The notes under the pieces: generated by a model
What the model was told of the DNA's origin: nothing
The model's input: only the letters and a program-made list of their open reading frames with translations
The model's database searches: none
Made by a program: the position numbers and the translations under genes
Part shown: positions 33,401-40,845 of the stretch, piece after piece
Position numbering within the stretch: the stretch's first letter is position 1
Layout of the letters: every line of letters starts with the position of its first letter
From: Fibrobacteria bacterium
GTDB lineage: Bacteria > Fibrobacterota > Fibrobacteria > UBA11236
Reading direction: 5' to 3'
DNA: 64,000 nucleotides
Assembly (NCBI GenBank): GCA_039917895.1
Contig: JBDSIO010000219.1
Span: forward strand, 78-64,077

Positions 33401-34152
33401 CCGCCTTTGGAAGGCAGCATCACGATCTTACCGTCCTTTTCCGGAACCCGGAAAGGAGTCTTGTCGTGGATGGATGAGATCCAGAATACATAGGCGTAGG
33501 GGAATTCGTGTTGGGCGATATGGAAGCTGTCGTACTCGAACATTACGCGCGCCAGCTTCACGAATTCATGTCGCGGATCTTCCGGACCGATCACCTCCAC
33601 GGCCGCGTTGACCTGGAAGCTGATGTAGTCCGGGGCGTTGCCGGTATAGTGCAAAGCCGCCAGGGGCGTGGCCGAGATATTCCTGAAGGTGGTCTTTTCG
33701 AAAATCTCGAGGCTGCTCAGCGATCGGTAGTCGACCTTCTCCCGATCGAAATAGAAGCTGGAAACGGCTTTCAGCCTTTCCTGCAACGATTCCTGCCAGG
33801 GACGGCCGCGGGTGCGTTCAATCGTCTCCTTGAACAGGTTGACGTAGGATTCCAGGTATTCCCGCTTGGGCAGGAAGCCCACGCCTTTGTTGCCGCAATT
33901 GAACGGAAAGGTCTGGCCGCGCGCCTGGGTGATCATCACGGGCAGGTGCGAAGTGAAAAAGGCGGGATTCCCCTTTCCCAACAGCTTGTCGTACATGGCG
34001 CGGCGGCCTTGTTCGATCCACTCTATGTACCGCTCCGGCAGGCTTTCCATCGGCAGGTCGACCGGTCCCTCGGCCAGTTCCACGCGAAGGCGATCTCCTG
34101 CGACTACGACCTTGGGCAGGCCCTGAAATTGTCTGGCCGTATTCTGCTGCAT
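30499..34152 (-). CDS. 1217-aa multidomain protein: N-terminal ~270-aa unknown domain, six PCP_red-like repeats (protochlorophyllide-reductase ChlB C-terminal-domain-like), tandem universal stress protein (Usp) domains, two rubredoxin-like zinc ribbons, and Ala-rich and His-rich linkers
   Basis: Repeats of the form (L/M)xW(T/E)xEAxxRLxR(V/I)PxFxRxxxxxxxExxAxxxGxxxITxExxxxA occur six times (e.g. VSWTTEAKARMQRVPAMAQNMAMKAIQNYCVAEGHTVVTESILNA; PAWTEDAVKRLERVPDGFMRKAAKNMVEEHALNSGTKEITLEVAEAG). The Usp motifs are IYVGLDSS...GAHGVGRVGNSQLGTVAERMLRR and IIVCLDGS.... The zinc ribbons are CQACGHVHHG...CPICG and CHLCG...CANCG. There is an HGHIHAHGVNPHAHG His-rich segment. Confidence 0.7.
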   Translation of the reverse strand: MQQNTARQFQGLPKVVVAGDRLRVELAEGPVDLPMESLPERYIEWIEQGRRAMYDKLLGKGNPAFFTSHLPVMITQARGQTFPFNCGNKGVGFLPKREYLESYVNLFKETIERTRGRPWQESLQERLKAVSSFYFDREKVDYRSLSSLEIFEKTTFRNISATPLAALHYTGNAPDYISFQVNAAVEVIGPEDPRHEFVKLARVMFEYDSFHIAQHEFPYAYVFWISSIHDKTPFRVPEKDGKIVMLPSKGGMEWEPEAIESINRAPGMIRQFITEQIEKYAKGRGFTRITMELMKEAREVLERPKDAGTATAATLEAAAATAPSAPSAIAAAAAPATVTAIAAEAAEAVPATVPSFQAPGSHPDGEAAPKAVDWKYSRIYVGLDSSVPSNEAMRTAMLIGKREGARMIGSHVYAAKMHDNRFRAMEGGLPEEFQKEKELNRQRKIHDSLITKGLELITDSYLEAMSGACKTDNLEFAAVSLEGKNWKAMAEDIAANDYDLVALGAHGVGRVGNSQLGTVAERMLRRVRRDVLLTRMSVEENVSDTIIVCLDGSIRSWGGLQRAMRLAKTLDKKVLAVSAFDPYFHYAMFKSLNKTLTEKARKVFKFEEQEKLHEDIIDSGLAKIYQSYLNIAKRLAEEAGVAIEIRLLDGKPFEKILQLVKAEPPWLLVVGRIGFHSDEDMDIGGNTENLCRLAPCNILVVDSKAKPPVEFQAEETVSWTTEAKARMQRVPAMAQNMAMKAIQNYCVAEGHTVVTESILNAALKTLLPPAALARMGIVDTDEGKERDSHDKIALSFKCQACGHVHHGSRPQSCPICGMGGHMFKLLESAIVSEGQSLETLGDRQLMWEKSALALLEKSGDATVTAQIRNRLEKRALTQRITAVTLEMVEAELRAAGIGAAPTAVPTTADLAPAAPVSAAEAAPGAISSDAFGGPAWTEDAVKRLERVPDGFMRKAAKNMVEEHALNSGTKEITLEVAEAGLGKAREKMHASMTGSGQGDPGAHGHIHAHGVNPHAHGQGANPHAATPSADPARTSAQASATPEASDASEIAPWECHLCGIILDGAKPTVCANCGTGHFVRLSAEKRAQAKSSAFKTLAWKPEALQRLERVPEGFMRTMTRCRVEKWARAGGADVVDLEIMDGKYGSWGDGSAKMAPELEWSEAATARTSRIPDFIRPMVMKEIERRAKGEGRTRVDAADIDQAMTHWSASGNFHGHG

Positions 34153-34203
34153 ATCGATTCCTTCCGTCCGCCGTTCGTCCGCGGTTCGTCCACTCTACAA
34201 CAG

Positions 34204-35493
34204 CTATTTGAAATGGAAGCCGAGTTCGGCTTCCCGTTCGCGCTTATGGCGCGTCATCAATTCCGGAGTTACGGGTACGCCTTCGGTCCGGGCCCGCGCC
34301 TCCAACTTCCGTTTCACCACCGGCCTCAGGAACAACGGCAGCTTGGACAGCCGTTCCCGCGCTTCGGGGGTCCATACGACTTCCGTGTCCCCGTCCGGTT
34401 TCCGCACCGGTATGATCGCGCCCCCGGCCGGCTCGTATTCACAGCTGGGGTCTTCCGCCATGAGATTTCCCTTGGCCAGGGATCGGGCCCGGCAGCCCCC
34501 GCACACCAGCTTGTATTCGCAACCGCCGCAACGGCCCTCCAGCAGGGCCGGATTGCGCATGGAGGCCAGCAGCACCGAGTCGTCCCAGATCTTCCAGAAA
34601 CCGTCCCGTCGTACATTCCCGGCGGAAAGTTCCATGTACGGGCAAGGGGTGATCTCCCCTTTGGGGGTGATGCGGCAATAATGGCTGCCCGCCAGGCAAC
34701 CGCCGCCGTCGTAACCTTCGGCGCGCGTGTAGGGCGATGCGGGATCGGCTTGATGGAGGATGCGCTTGAAATGGGGCGTGCAGCGCGTTTGCACCAGGAT
34801 GCCTTTGGCCGTGGGTTGGATGGCGGCGATTTCCTTGAGCGCGGCTTCATATTCCGCGGCCGAGAGATCCATGGAGCCTTCGCCCCGGCCCACGCAGACC
34901 AGGAAGAAGAAATTGATGATGGACGCGCCGAGTTCGCGGGCCATGTCCACGGCTTGCGCAATCTCGCTCCGGTTCCATCGCGTTATCGTGAAGTGGATCT
35001 GGGCATGCATGCCGGCCGCGCGGCAATGTTTTACCGCCTCGCAAGTCCTGGCGAAAGCGCCGGGCATGCCCCGGAAAGAATCGTGGGCGCCGGGACGGAT
35101 GGAGTCCAGGCTGATCCCCATGCCTTCCAGGCCCGCCGCCCTGAGTTCCTCCGCGCGCTTGCGGTTCACCAGCACCCCGTTCGTGCCCAGCACCATCCGC
35201 AGACCCGCCTCCACTCCGGCCTTGACGAACCCGTCCAGGCCCGGATGCAACAGGGGTTCGCCTCCGGTGAGCACGATGATGGTACCCGGCGCCCGCGCGC
35301 CGATGTCGCGGAACAGGGATGCGACCTCCTCATCGGCCATCTCCCCGTCCATGACCGACGCCCGTTGGGTGGCGTCCATATAACAATGGGCGCAATTCAG
35401 GTTGCAACGCCGGGTCAGGTTTACGGCCACCAGGTACGGTTCAAACTCCCGCTCCCCGCGCCGTTCTTCCTTTTTTCCCGTTTCCATCGGCAA
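34204..35493 (-). CDS. Radical SAM / SPASM-domain enzyme (AhbC/NirJ/PqqE-like) with a C-terminal PCP_red-like domain
   Basis: CNLNCAHCY (CxxxCxxC). The SPASM Cys-rich region is GGGCLAGSHYCRITPKGEITPCPYM...CGGCEYKLVCGGCRARS. The C-terminal VVWTPEARERLSKLPLFLRPVVKRKLEARARTEGVPVTPE matches the repeat family in the adjacent 1217-aa protein. Confidence 0.75.
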   Translation of the reverse strand: MPMETGKKEERRGEREFEPYLVAVNLTRRCNLNCAHCYMDATQRASVMDGEMADEEVASLFRDIGARAPGTIIVLTGGEPLLHPGLDGFVKAGVEAGLRMVLGTNGVLVNRKRAEELRAAGLEGMGISLDSIRPGAHDSFRGMPGAFARTCEAVKHCRAAGMHAQIHFTITRWNRSEIAQAVDMARELGASIINFFFLVCVGRGEGSMDLSAAEYEAALKEIAAIQPTAKGILVQTRCTPHFKRILHQADPASPYTRAEGYDGGGCLAGSHYCRITPKGEITPCPYMELSAGNVRRDGFWKIWDDSVLLASMRNPALLEGRCGGCEYKLVCGGCRARSLAKGNLMAEDPSCEYEPAGGAIIPVRKPDGDTEVVWTPEARERLSKLPLFLRPVVKRKLEARARTEGVPVTPELMTRHKREREAELGFHFK

Positions 35494-35524
35494 CCCCGCA
35501 CCCTGTCCCGCTATCGCGGGCGGT

Positions 35525-36241
35525 TTAATACTCGAAGGCGACTTTCGCGTCCTTGCCCGCTTCCACCTTCACCTGCACGGTTTTCGCGCCCAGGGCCTCA
35601 TGCCAGATCTTCAACGTATAGGTTCCCGCGGGCACGTCGGCCAATATGAACTCCCCGGCCGGTCCGGTCACCGCCGCGTAGGGATGCGGCAAGGCCCAGA
35701 TGTATCCCTGCATGAAATCATGGGCATCGCACTCCACCGAGATCAGGCCTTCCTTGCGGAGGATTTTGGTGTTTTCCACGACCTGGCCCTTCTTAGGCAG
35801 CGCCATGTTGATCAGGTTCTTCTTGGCCGCGCCGTCCACCAGGTAGAAGTGCGAATTGTGGAGCATGTCGTCGTCGTTGCGCACTTTCAGGGTCGCGCCC
35901 ACCGGGGCCACAAGTACGTGGGGAGTGAACTTGCAATTGGTGTTGTCGTAGAAGATTTCGCCTGCCGCGGCTTTCTTGCCTTCCGCAATCTTGTCGATCA
36001 TCACCACGGCGAATTGGAGGCCGCCGCCCGCTCCCGTCACGTATTTTTGGGCCGCGATCTTGGCGCCGCACTGCTCCGGATTCTTGCTGACCACTTTCAT
36101 CTCGTCCGCCGGGGCCTTCCCTTTGATCTTGATGGCCCCGCTGATGCTGCCGCCGTTGGCGACGGCGATCTCCTTGTATTGCGCCGAGGCCGCCACGGCT
36201 CCGGCCAGCATGAACGCGCATAAGGTATTGATGGTTTTCAT
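35525..36241 (-). CDS. Periplasmic cupredoxin-like (type 1 copper) protein
   Basis: Signal peptide MKTINTLCAFMLAGAVAASA (RBS AACGGAGGA before the ATG at 36241). Candidate copper ligands are H in MLHNSHF and the C-x2-H-x2-M motif (VECDAHDFMQG), as in amicyanin/pseudoazurin. Confidence 0.5.
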   Translation of the reverse strand: MKTINTLCAFMLAGAVAASAQYKEIAVANGGSISGAIKIKGKAPADEMKVVSKNPEQCGAKIAAQKYVTGAGGGLQFAVVMIDKIAEGKKAAAGEIFYDNTNCKFTPHVLVAPVGATLKVRNDDDMLHNSHFYLVDGAAKKNLINMALPKKGQVVENTKILRKEGLISVECDAHDFMQGYIWALPHPYAAVTGPAGEFILADVPAGTYTLKIWHEALGAKTVQVKVEAGKDAKVAFEY

Positions 36242-36281
36242 TTCGATCCTCCGTTTTGGGATGGGTTTTCCATGGCTGGGC

Positions 36282-37394
36282 TCAGAAGAAGACATGCAGC
36301 CTTCCCACGATCTGGTTCTGGTTGTCCGCCGTGCTCTGAGGTATCCAATCGTTTTTCCGGTAATACAATCCCACCTGCAGGAATTGCATGATGAAGGGTT
36401 CGACGCCTACCACCACGCGGGTCTGATTGCTTTGCGCCTGGGGGATTGCCGTATTGCGCCAGAAGGACTCGTAGGTGACCTTGAAATTAAGTCCCTGCAT
36501 GGGCAGGAAGTCGACCTCGGTGTAGTCCTCGACCTTGTCGATGCCCTCATCCTTGGTGTAGTCGCGCTCCCCCAGGATGGTGAACATGCCCAAGGTGGTG
36601 CCGGCGAAAACGCCGTAAGATCCTTTGGTTTCCTTGAATTCCTTGGTAAGTTCCTTACTGTAGGAACCGCCCAGCCTGACGGTGCGCAGCACGGGCACTT
36701 CCCTGAACACGAAGGAGCCGACGCTCATCCATTTGGTCTGGGTGATGGAACTGACCAGGGACAGCGGCCCGGGTTCGAATCCCATTTCGTATGCCAGGGC
36801 CGTGGAACTGTAAGTGTAGCCGGTGAAGTTGCGCACGAAGGCATCATCGTCCATGAGCCGGTATCCGTATGGAAGCAGCATCTGGCCGAATTTCAAGTAG
36901 CTGTTGGCGGGCAGGGAAATCATGCTCCAGAGTTCGCGGAAGCCGCCTGCGGACATGTCCTTGTCGTAGTAAAGCTTCAACCGATCCTTGATCAGATCCA
37001 TCTCCACGTATAGGTTCTTCTCCTTGAAGGTGCCGGCGTTCCAGTTCCCCTCCACCATGCGCGCCGAATCCCCGGGGTTGGCGGGTTTGGTGGTGAACTG
37101 GCGGAGATACGCCTGTTCGATGCGGAAATTCGCACCCAGGGAGACGGAGTTGTTCAGCTTCGGATCGAAGGAATTGAGGTTCTTCTGCGCGAGTGTGGAA
37201 GCCACCAGCAGCTTGTATTGCGTATACACCTCTCCGAACTCGGTCCGCTTGCCGCCCCCCGTCCGGTTTACGTGGCATTGGCTGCATTTGAATCCCGTTC
37301 GGACGGCGATATAGGGCTCGGCGGAAACCAATCCGGTGGCCAGCAGGAACACGATCGCGATAGGTTTCCAGGGCATTGACGTTGACCGTTGCAT
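36282..37394 (-). CDS. Fused monoheme cytochrome c / outer-membrane beta-barrel (Cyc2-like cytochrome-porin)
   Basis: Signal peptide. A single CSQCH motif within about 15 residues of the predicted mature N-terminus. The remaining ~330 aa form alternating amphipathic beta-strands ending ...GRLHVFF (C-terminal Phe). This architecture matches Cyc2-type iron oxidases. Confidence 0.45.
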   Translation of the reverse strand: MQRSTSMPWKPIAIVFLLATGLVSAEPYIAVRTGFKCSQCHVNRTGGGKRTEFGEVYTQYKLLVASTLAQKNLNSFDPKLNNSVSLGANFRIEQAYLRQFTTKPANPGDSARMVEGNWNAGTFKEKNLYVEMDLIKDRLKLYYDKDMSAGGFRELWSMISLPANSYLKFGQMLLPYGYRLMDDDAFVRNFTGYTYSSTALAYEMGFEPGPLSLVSSITQTKWMSVGSFVFREVPVLRTVRLGGSYSKELTKEFKETKGSYGVFAGTTLGMFTILGERDYTKDEGIDKVEDYTEVDFLPMQGLNFKVTYESFWRNTAIPQAQSNQTRVVVGVEPFIMQFLQVGLYYRKNDWIPQSTADNQNQIVGRLHVFF

Positions 37395-37402
37395 ATCCGC
37401 GC

Positions 37403-38134
37403 CTAGTTCCTTCCCGTGATCCAGGTTTTAATGGTTTGGATGTCCTCGTCGGAGAGGGGCGCCGCCGCTTCGGCCGGCATCCTTACGCCGTAGGGCGGGG
37501 TCGCCTTGAAGATCTTCAGGAACAGGTAGCTGCTGTCCGGTACCCCCGGCAGCACCCGCATCATATTGATGTTTTTTACCGTCAGCATCTCGATCGACTT
37601 GATGTTGACCAGGCTGTCCCACGCCGCGCCCGATTCCAGAGTCAGCCTGGTTTGCATAAATCCGGTGCCGCCGGGCTTGATGTGGCATTTCTCGCAATGG
37701 GTCTTGAAGATGGGCAGCACGTTGGCCGTGAAAAAAGCCCGGTCCAGGCACTCCACCGGCTTGGGGAGCCTGGAACAATCGATGCAGCGCGAGGGAGGAT
37801 TGGGGAGTAGGCAAGAGTCCACTGCCACGCAACGCGCGGGAGGATTGGGCAAAGCGCAGGAATCGGGCACAGCGCAGCGCGCGGGGGGATTGGGGAGCAG
37901 GCAAGAATCCACCGCCAGGCAACGCGCGGGAGGATTGGGCAGAGCGCAGGAATCGACGACGCAGCCGGCTGAGGCGGGATTCGCGATGCAGGGATTCGGC
38001 TTGATGAGAGCTCCGCCGGCGGTCAGACCCACGCCGTCTCCGGCTTTCATGCAGGCGATGAACAGGGCGGGAATAACGATGGCAGCCGCCAGCAGTCGGG
38101 ATTTCCCGCGCAGCCCTTGTTGCAAGCGGTTCAT
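37403..38134 (-). CDS. Lipoprotein c-type cytochrome with five tandem Cys-containing 14-15-aa repeats
   Basis: Lipobox (ALFIAC). Repeats DSC(A/L)LPNPPARC(L/V/A)AV occur five times, followed by a class I cytochrome c domain with CEKCH. It overlaps the downstream cytochrome gene (ATGA-type coupling at 38131-38134). Confidence 0.6.
   Translation of the reverse strand: MNRLQQGLRGKSRLLAAAIVIPALFIACMKAGDGVGLTAGGALIKPNPCIANPASAGCVVDSCALPNPPARCLAVDSCLLPNPPARCAVPDSCALPNPPARCVAVDSCLLPNPPSRCIDCSRLPKPVECLDRAFFTANVLPIFKTHCEKCHIKPGGTGFMQTRLTLESGAAWDSLVNIKSIEMLTVKNINMMRVLPGVPDSSYLFLKIFKATPPYGVRMPAEAAAPLSDEDIQTIKTWITGRN
37790..37975. repeat. Coding tandem repeat (~42-45 nt unit, 5 copies) inside the lipoprotein cytochrome gene
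   Basis: Repeated cgcgcgggaggattgggcaaagcgcaggaatc-like units are visible on the + strand and encode the Cys-Pro-rich peptide repeats. Confidence 0.6.
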
Positions 38135-39153
38135 GGCGTCACCTCCGTGTCTTTCGTGAACAGGATGAAAAAGGGATTCGGCTTACGGATCAGGGAGCGG
38201 ATGTAATGGACCAAGGCCCATTTCCTTTTTTCCCCAAGGGCGTTCCGCTGTTCGGCCGGCATTTTTTGCAACGCTGCTTCCGTCGGTTGGGTGAGCAGCC
38301 AAGCCTGCAACTGATCGATTTCGGCGGCCGGATAGGCTTCCTTGTACTTGACCGGATCCACCGTAGCGTCTCCGGAAATGAGGAAACCGTCGAGAGCGTA
38401 GGCGGGCATGGGCGTGCCGTTGAGGCCGGTGGTGAAGGTGCGGTACAGGGTCCCGGCGTCGTTCCCCGCCTTGTAGCGATACGCGGTCAGGTTCCAGGGG
38501 AGGATTTTGCGGCCCCAGTCATCGTCCAGGGTCTTACCGGATTTCCCATCGCCTTTGCCGGAGCCGCCGTGGCAGGCCCAGCATTCCATCAGCATGTACA
38601 CCAGCTTGCCCTCCTTTACCGCTTGCGGAGTACTCTCGGGAACCGCGGGAACCTCCATGGGGGAGGGCGCGCCTTCCTTGAAATCCGGAGAAAAAGTCTT
38701 GAGGAAGGCGACCACGTCCAGGCGCTCCTGCAGGGTAAGAGTCGTCCCCCAGGCCGGCATCTGCGTTCCCGGAACCCCTTTTTCCACGATGGCCAGCAGA
38801 TCCGCATCGGTGGGCAGCTCTCCGCTCGGGGTCGAACGGAATTTGAACATGCCCGCGGTGAAATCGCGCGGCCGCGGATTCAGGTATTGGCCCGCGGCGC
38901 TCCGGCCGTCGCCGTTTTCGCCATGGCAGGCCGCGCAGGATTTGGAGTAGACGGCTTCGCCCCGGGACAGGGAAGGCGATGACAAAGCCGCCTGGGCGGG
39001 CCCGGAGGCGGCGCTTGCCCCGTGTAATGCCACGATGGCGGCAAAACCGATCGCCCGCGAAAGACGGCCGGACAGGTTGAGGGGATAGGCATTCAAGATG
39101 TACCTCCCGTTTCTCTCATTCATGGGTGGATACCACATCAAATTCCATACCAT
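38131..39153 (-). CDS. Periplasmic diheme c-type cytochrome
   Basis: Signal peptide. CAACH and CWACH motifs. Alternative starts at 39138/39123. Confidence 0.65.
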   Translation of the reverse strand: MVWNLMWYPPMNERNGRYILNAYPLNLSGRLSRAIGFAAIVALHGASAASGPAQAALSSPSLSRGEAVYSKSCAACHGENGDGRSAAGQYLNPRPRDFTAGMFKFRSTPSGELPTDADLLAIVEKGVPGTQMPAWGTTLTLQERLDVVAFLKTFSPDFKEGAPSPMEVPAVPESTPQAVKEGKLVYMLMECWACHGGSGKGDGKSGKTLDDDWGRKILPWNLTAYRYKAGNDAGTLYRTFTTGLNGTPMPAYALDGFLISGDATVDPVKYKEAYPAAEIDQLQAWLLTQPTEAALQKMPAEQRNALGEKRKWALVHYIRSLIRKPNPFFILFTKDTEVTP

Positions 39154-39312
39154 ATTTCCTGGTGTTTATTGCGGAACCGGGAAGCTTCGGTTTAAGGATG
39201 GTTGGGCTCATAAGCTTCAATCTATCCGCGGCCGTTGCTTCGCGGATTACGCGAAAAATGCCAGCTTGGCATGCATTCCGGCCCCATTTTGGTCCTTATG
39301 GCACGCATTGGG

Positions 39313-40845
39313 CTAACGCTTGGATGCGGCGGCGCGCCTGCGCAGGAACCAGATGAGACCGGCTTCCAGCACGATGGCCAGGGCGGCCCGCTTCGAAGCC
39401 GGGGCCAGGGGATTCTCCGCGCGGGCCGGCTTCAGGTACAAGGTAAACCAGGAGGTTACCCCACGGGAGCTGCCCGTCTCGCGCGACAATCCGTCCCAGA
39501 CGGAAAAAGCGATGGGCGCGAAGCCTCCGGGCTCGAAGGCATACCGTCCAGGCTCGGACCGTTTGCGCGTGAACACGGCCCACCATTCCCCGTCCGCATA
39601 ACCCGCGTCGACGCTGATCGTTCCGGGAATCCGCGCCAGGTTTCCCGCGCCCTTAGCCGCATAAACCTCACCCGTATCCGTGCCGAGATCGCGGAACCAG
39701 AGCTCGGCGGGATTCCGCTTGTCGCCGGAAAGGAAGTAGGGTTTACCCGCCCCTTCGATGGCCTTGCCGGGAATCTGAATGGCGATGGCATCGGAAAATA
39801 CCGCCCCGGAATCGCTGCCGGCCGCGTCAATGGGACTATTGGCGCCTTTGCGTTGCGCGCTCATATCGTGCCAGGAGACCAGCACGGAAACGTAGTCGCT
39901 ATCGTAAACGGCCCTCACCTCCACGGCGTTGGCCGCTGGAAAGAAATCCCTGCGCGCTTCGATCACCTGGCCGACCACGGGGAACAAGGCCGGCTTCGCA
40001 CGGGTGAAGGCGTCTCGCCCCGGCTTGGATCCCAATTCGCCGGGAACGGCCTCGGCCGTCACCAATGAAGCGTATCCGGGTTCGTCGCCGGGACTCAGCG
40101 AATGGATGTAGTCGACCAAGGCCCAGCGATCCTTTTCCTCGATGGAGGCCGTGTAGCTGGGCATTGGCGTGCCGTTGAGCCCGGTCATGATGGTGCGGAA
40201 GATATCCTCGCGCCGGGGCCCGCCGCGGAAGGTCCAACGCCGCGTCAGATCCGCGGGCCGGATGGCGTGGCCCCAATCGTCGTTCAGGGTCGGTGCGGAC
40301 TCCCCGTCGCCGCGGCCCAGCTTGCCATGGCAGTCCATGCATTTGTTCTCGACGAAGAGTTTGCTGCCCCGCTCCGCCGATTCCTTGCTGAAAGCCGGAG
40401 GCTTAACAGCGGCGATGGGTTTGGGGTGGTTGGCGGTATCGGCGAAATCGGAATTGAAGCCCTTGATGAAGGCGACGAGATCGCCAAGCTCTTCTTCGGA
40501 AAATTCCGGCCAGGCCGGCATACCCGTATAGGGCATGCCGCTCCGGATGATGGATTTCAGATCCGCATCGGTGGGAGATTCCCCGCTTTCCGTGGTGCGG
40601 ATTTTGAACGATCCCGAGGTGAAATCGCGCGGCAGCGGCCGGAAGAACTCCGCCCCGTCCCCCTTGCCCTCGCCGCCCGTACCATGGCATTGGGAGCACT
40701 TGTCCAGGTAGATGGCCTTGCCCGCCGCGGCCCGGGCATCCGTAGCCGGCGCGTCCGCCGCGCGCGCAATGGGAGCGTAGGAAAGCGCGGCCGAGATCAC
40801 ACCCGCGAGGGCGAGGGTAGCGGAAAGCCTGCGATGGGTATTCAT
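39313..40845 (-). CDS. Membrane-anchored diheme cytochrome c fused to an EB_dh-like heme-b domain (NxrC-like gamma-type subunit)
   Basis: Signal peptide. CSQCH and CMDCH motifs. The C-terminal half has EB_dh-like segments (VRAVYDSDYVSVLVSWHD..., AIAIQIPGK, PYFLSGDKRNPAELWFRDLG, FSVWDGLSRETGSSRGVTSWFTLYL). A C-terminal TM helix AALAIVLEAGLIWFLRRR follows. Confidence 0.55.
   Translation of the reverse strand: MNTHRRLSATLALAGVISAALSYAPIARAADAPATDARAAAGKAIYLDKCSQCHGTGGEGKGDGAEFFRPLPRDFTSGSFKIRTTESGESPTDADLKSIIRSGMPYTGMPAWPEFSEEELGDLVAFIKGFNSDFADTANHPKPIAAVKPPAFSKESAERGSKLFVENKCMDCHGKLGRGDGESAPTLNDDWGHAIRPADLTRRWTFRGGPRREDIFRTIMTGLNGTPMPSYTASIEEKDRWALVDYIHSLSPGDEPGYASLVTAEAVPGELGSKPGRDAFTRAKPALFPVVGQVIEARRDFFPAANAVEVRAVYDSDYVSVLVSWHDMSAQRKGANSPIDAAGSDSGAVFSDAIAIQIPGKAIEGAGKPYFLSGDKRNPAELWFRDLGTDTGEVYAAKGAGNLARIPGTISVDAGYADGEWWAVFTRKRSEPGRYAFEPGGFAPIAFSVWDGLSRETGSSRGVTSWFTLYLKPARAENPLAPASKRAALAIVLEAGLIWFLRRRAAASKR

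Noticed and set aside
30079-35649. 746-aa and 713-aa plus-strand ORFs, and a 458-aa minus-strand ORF in another frame
   Set aside because: They are antisense or alternate-frame products over the 1217-aa gene and the radical SAM gene. The called genes carry recognisable domains (Usp, zinc ribbons, CxxxCxxC/SPASM).
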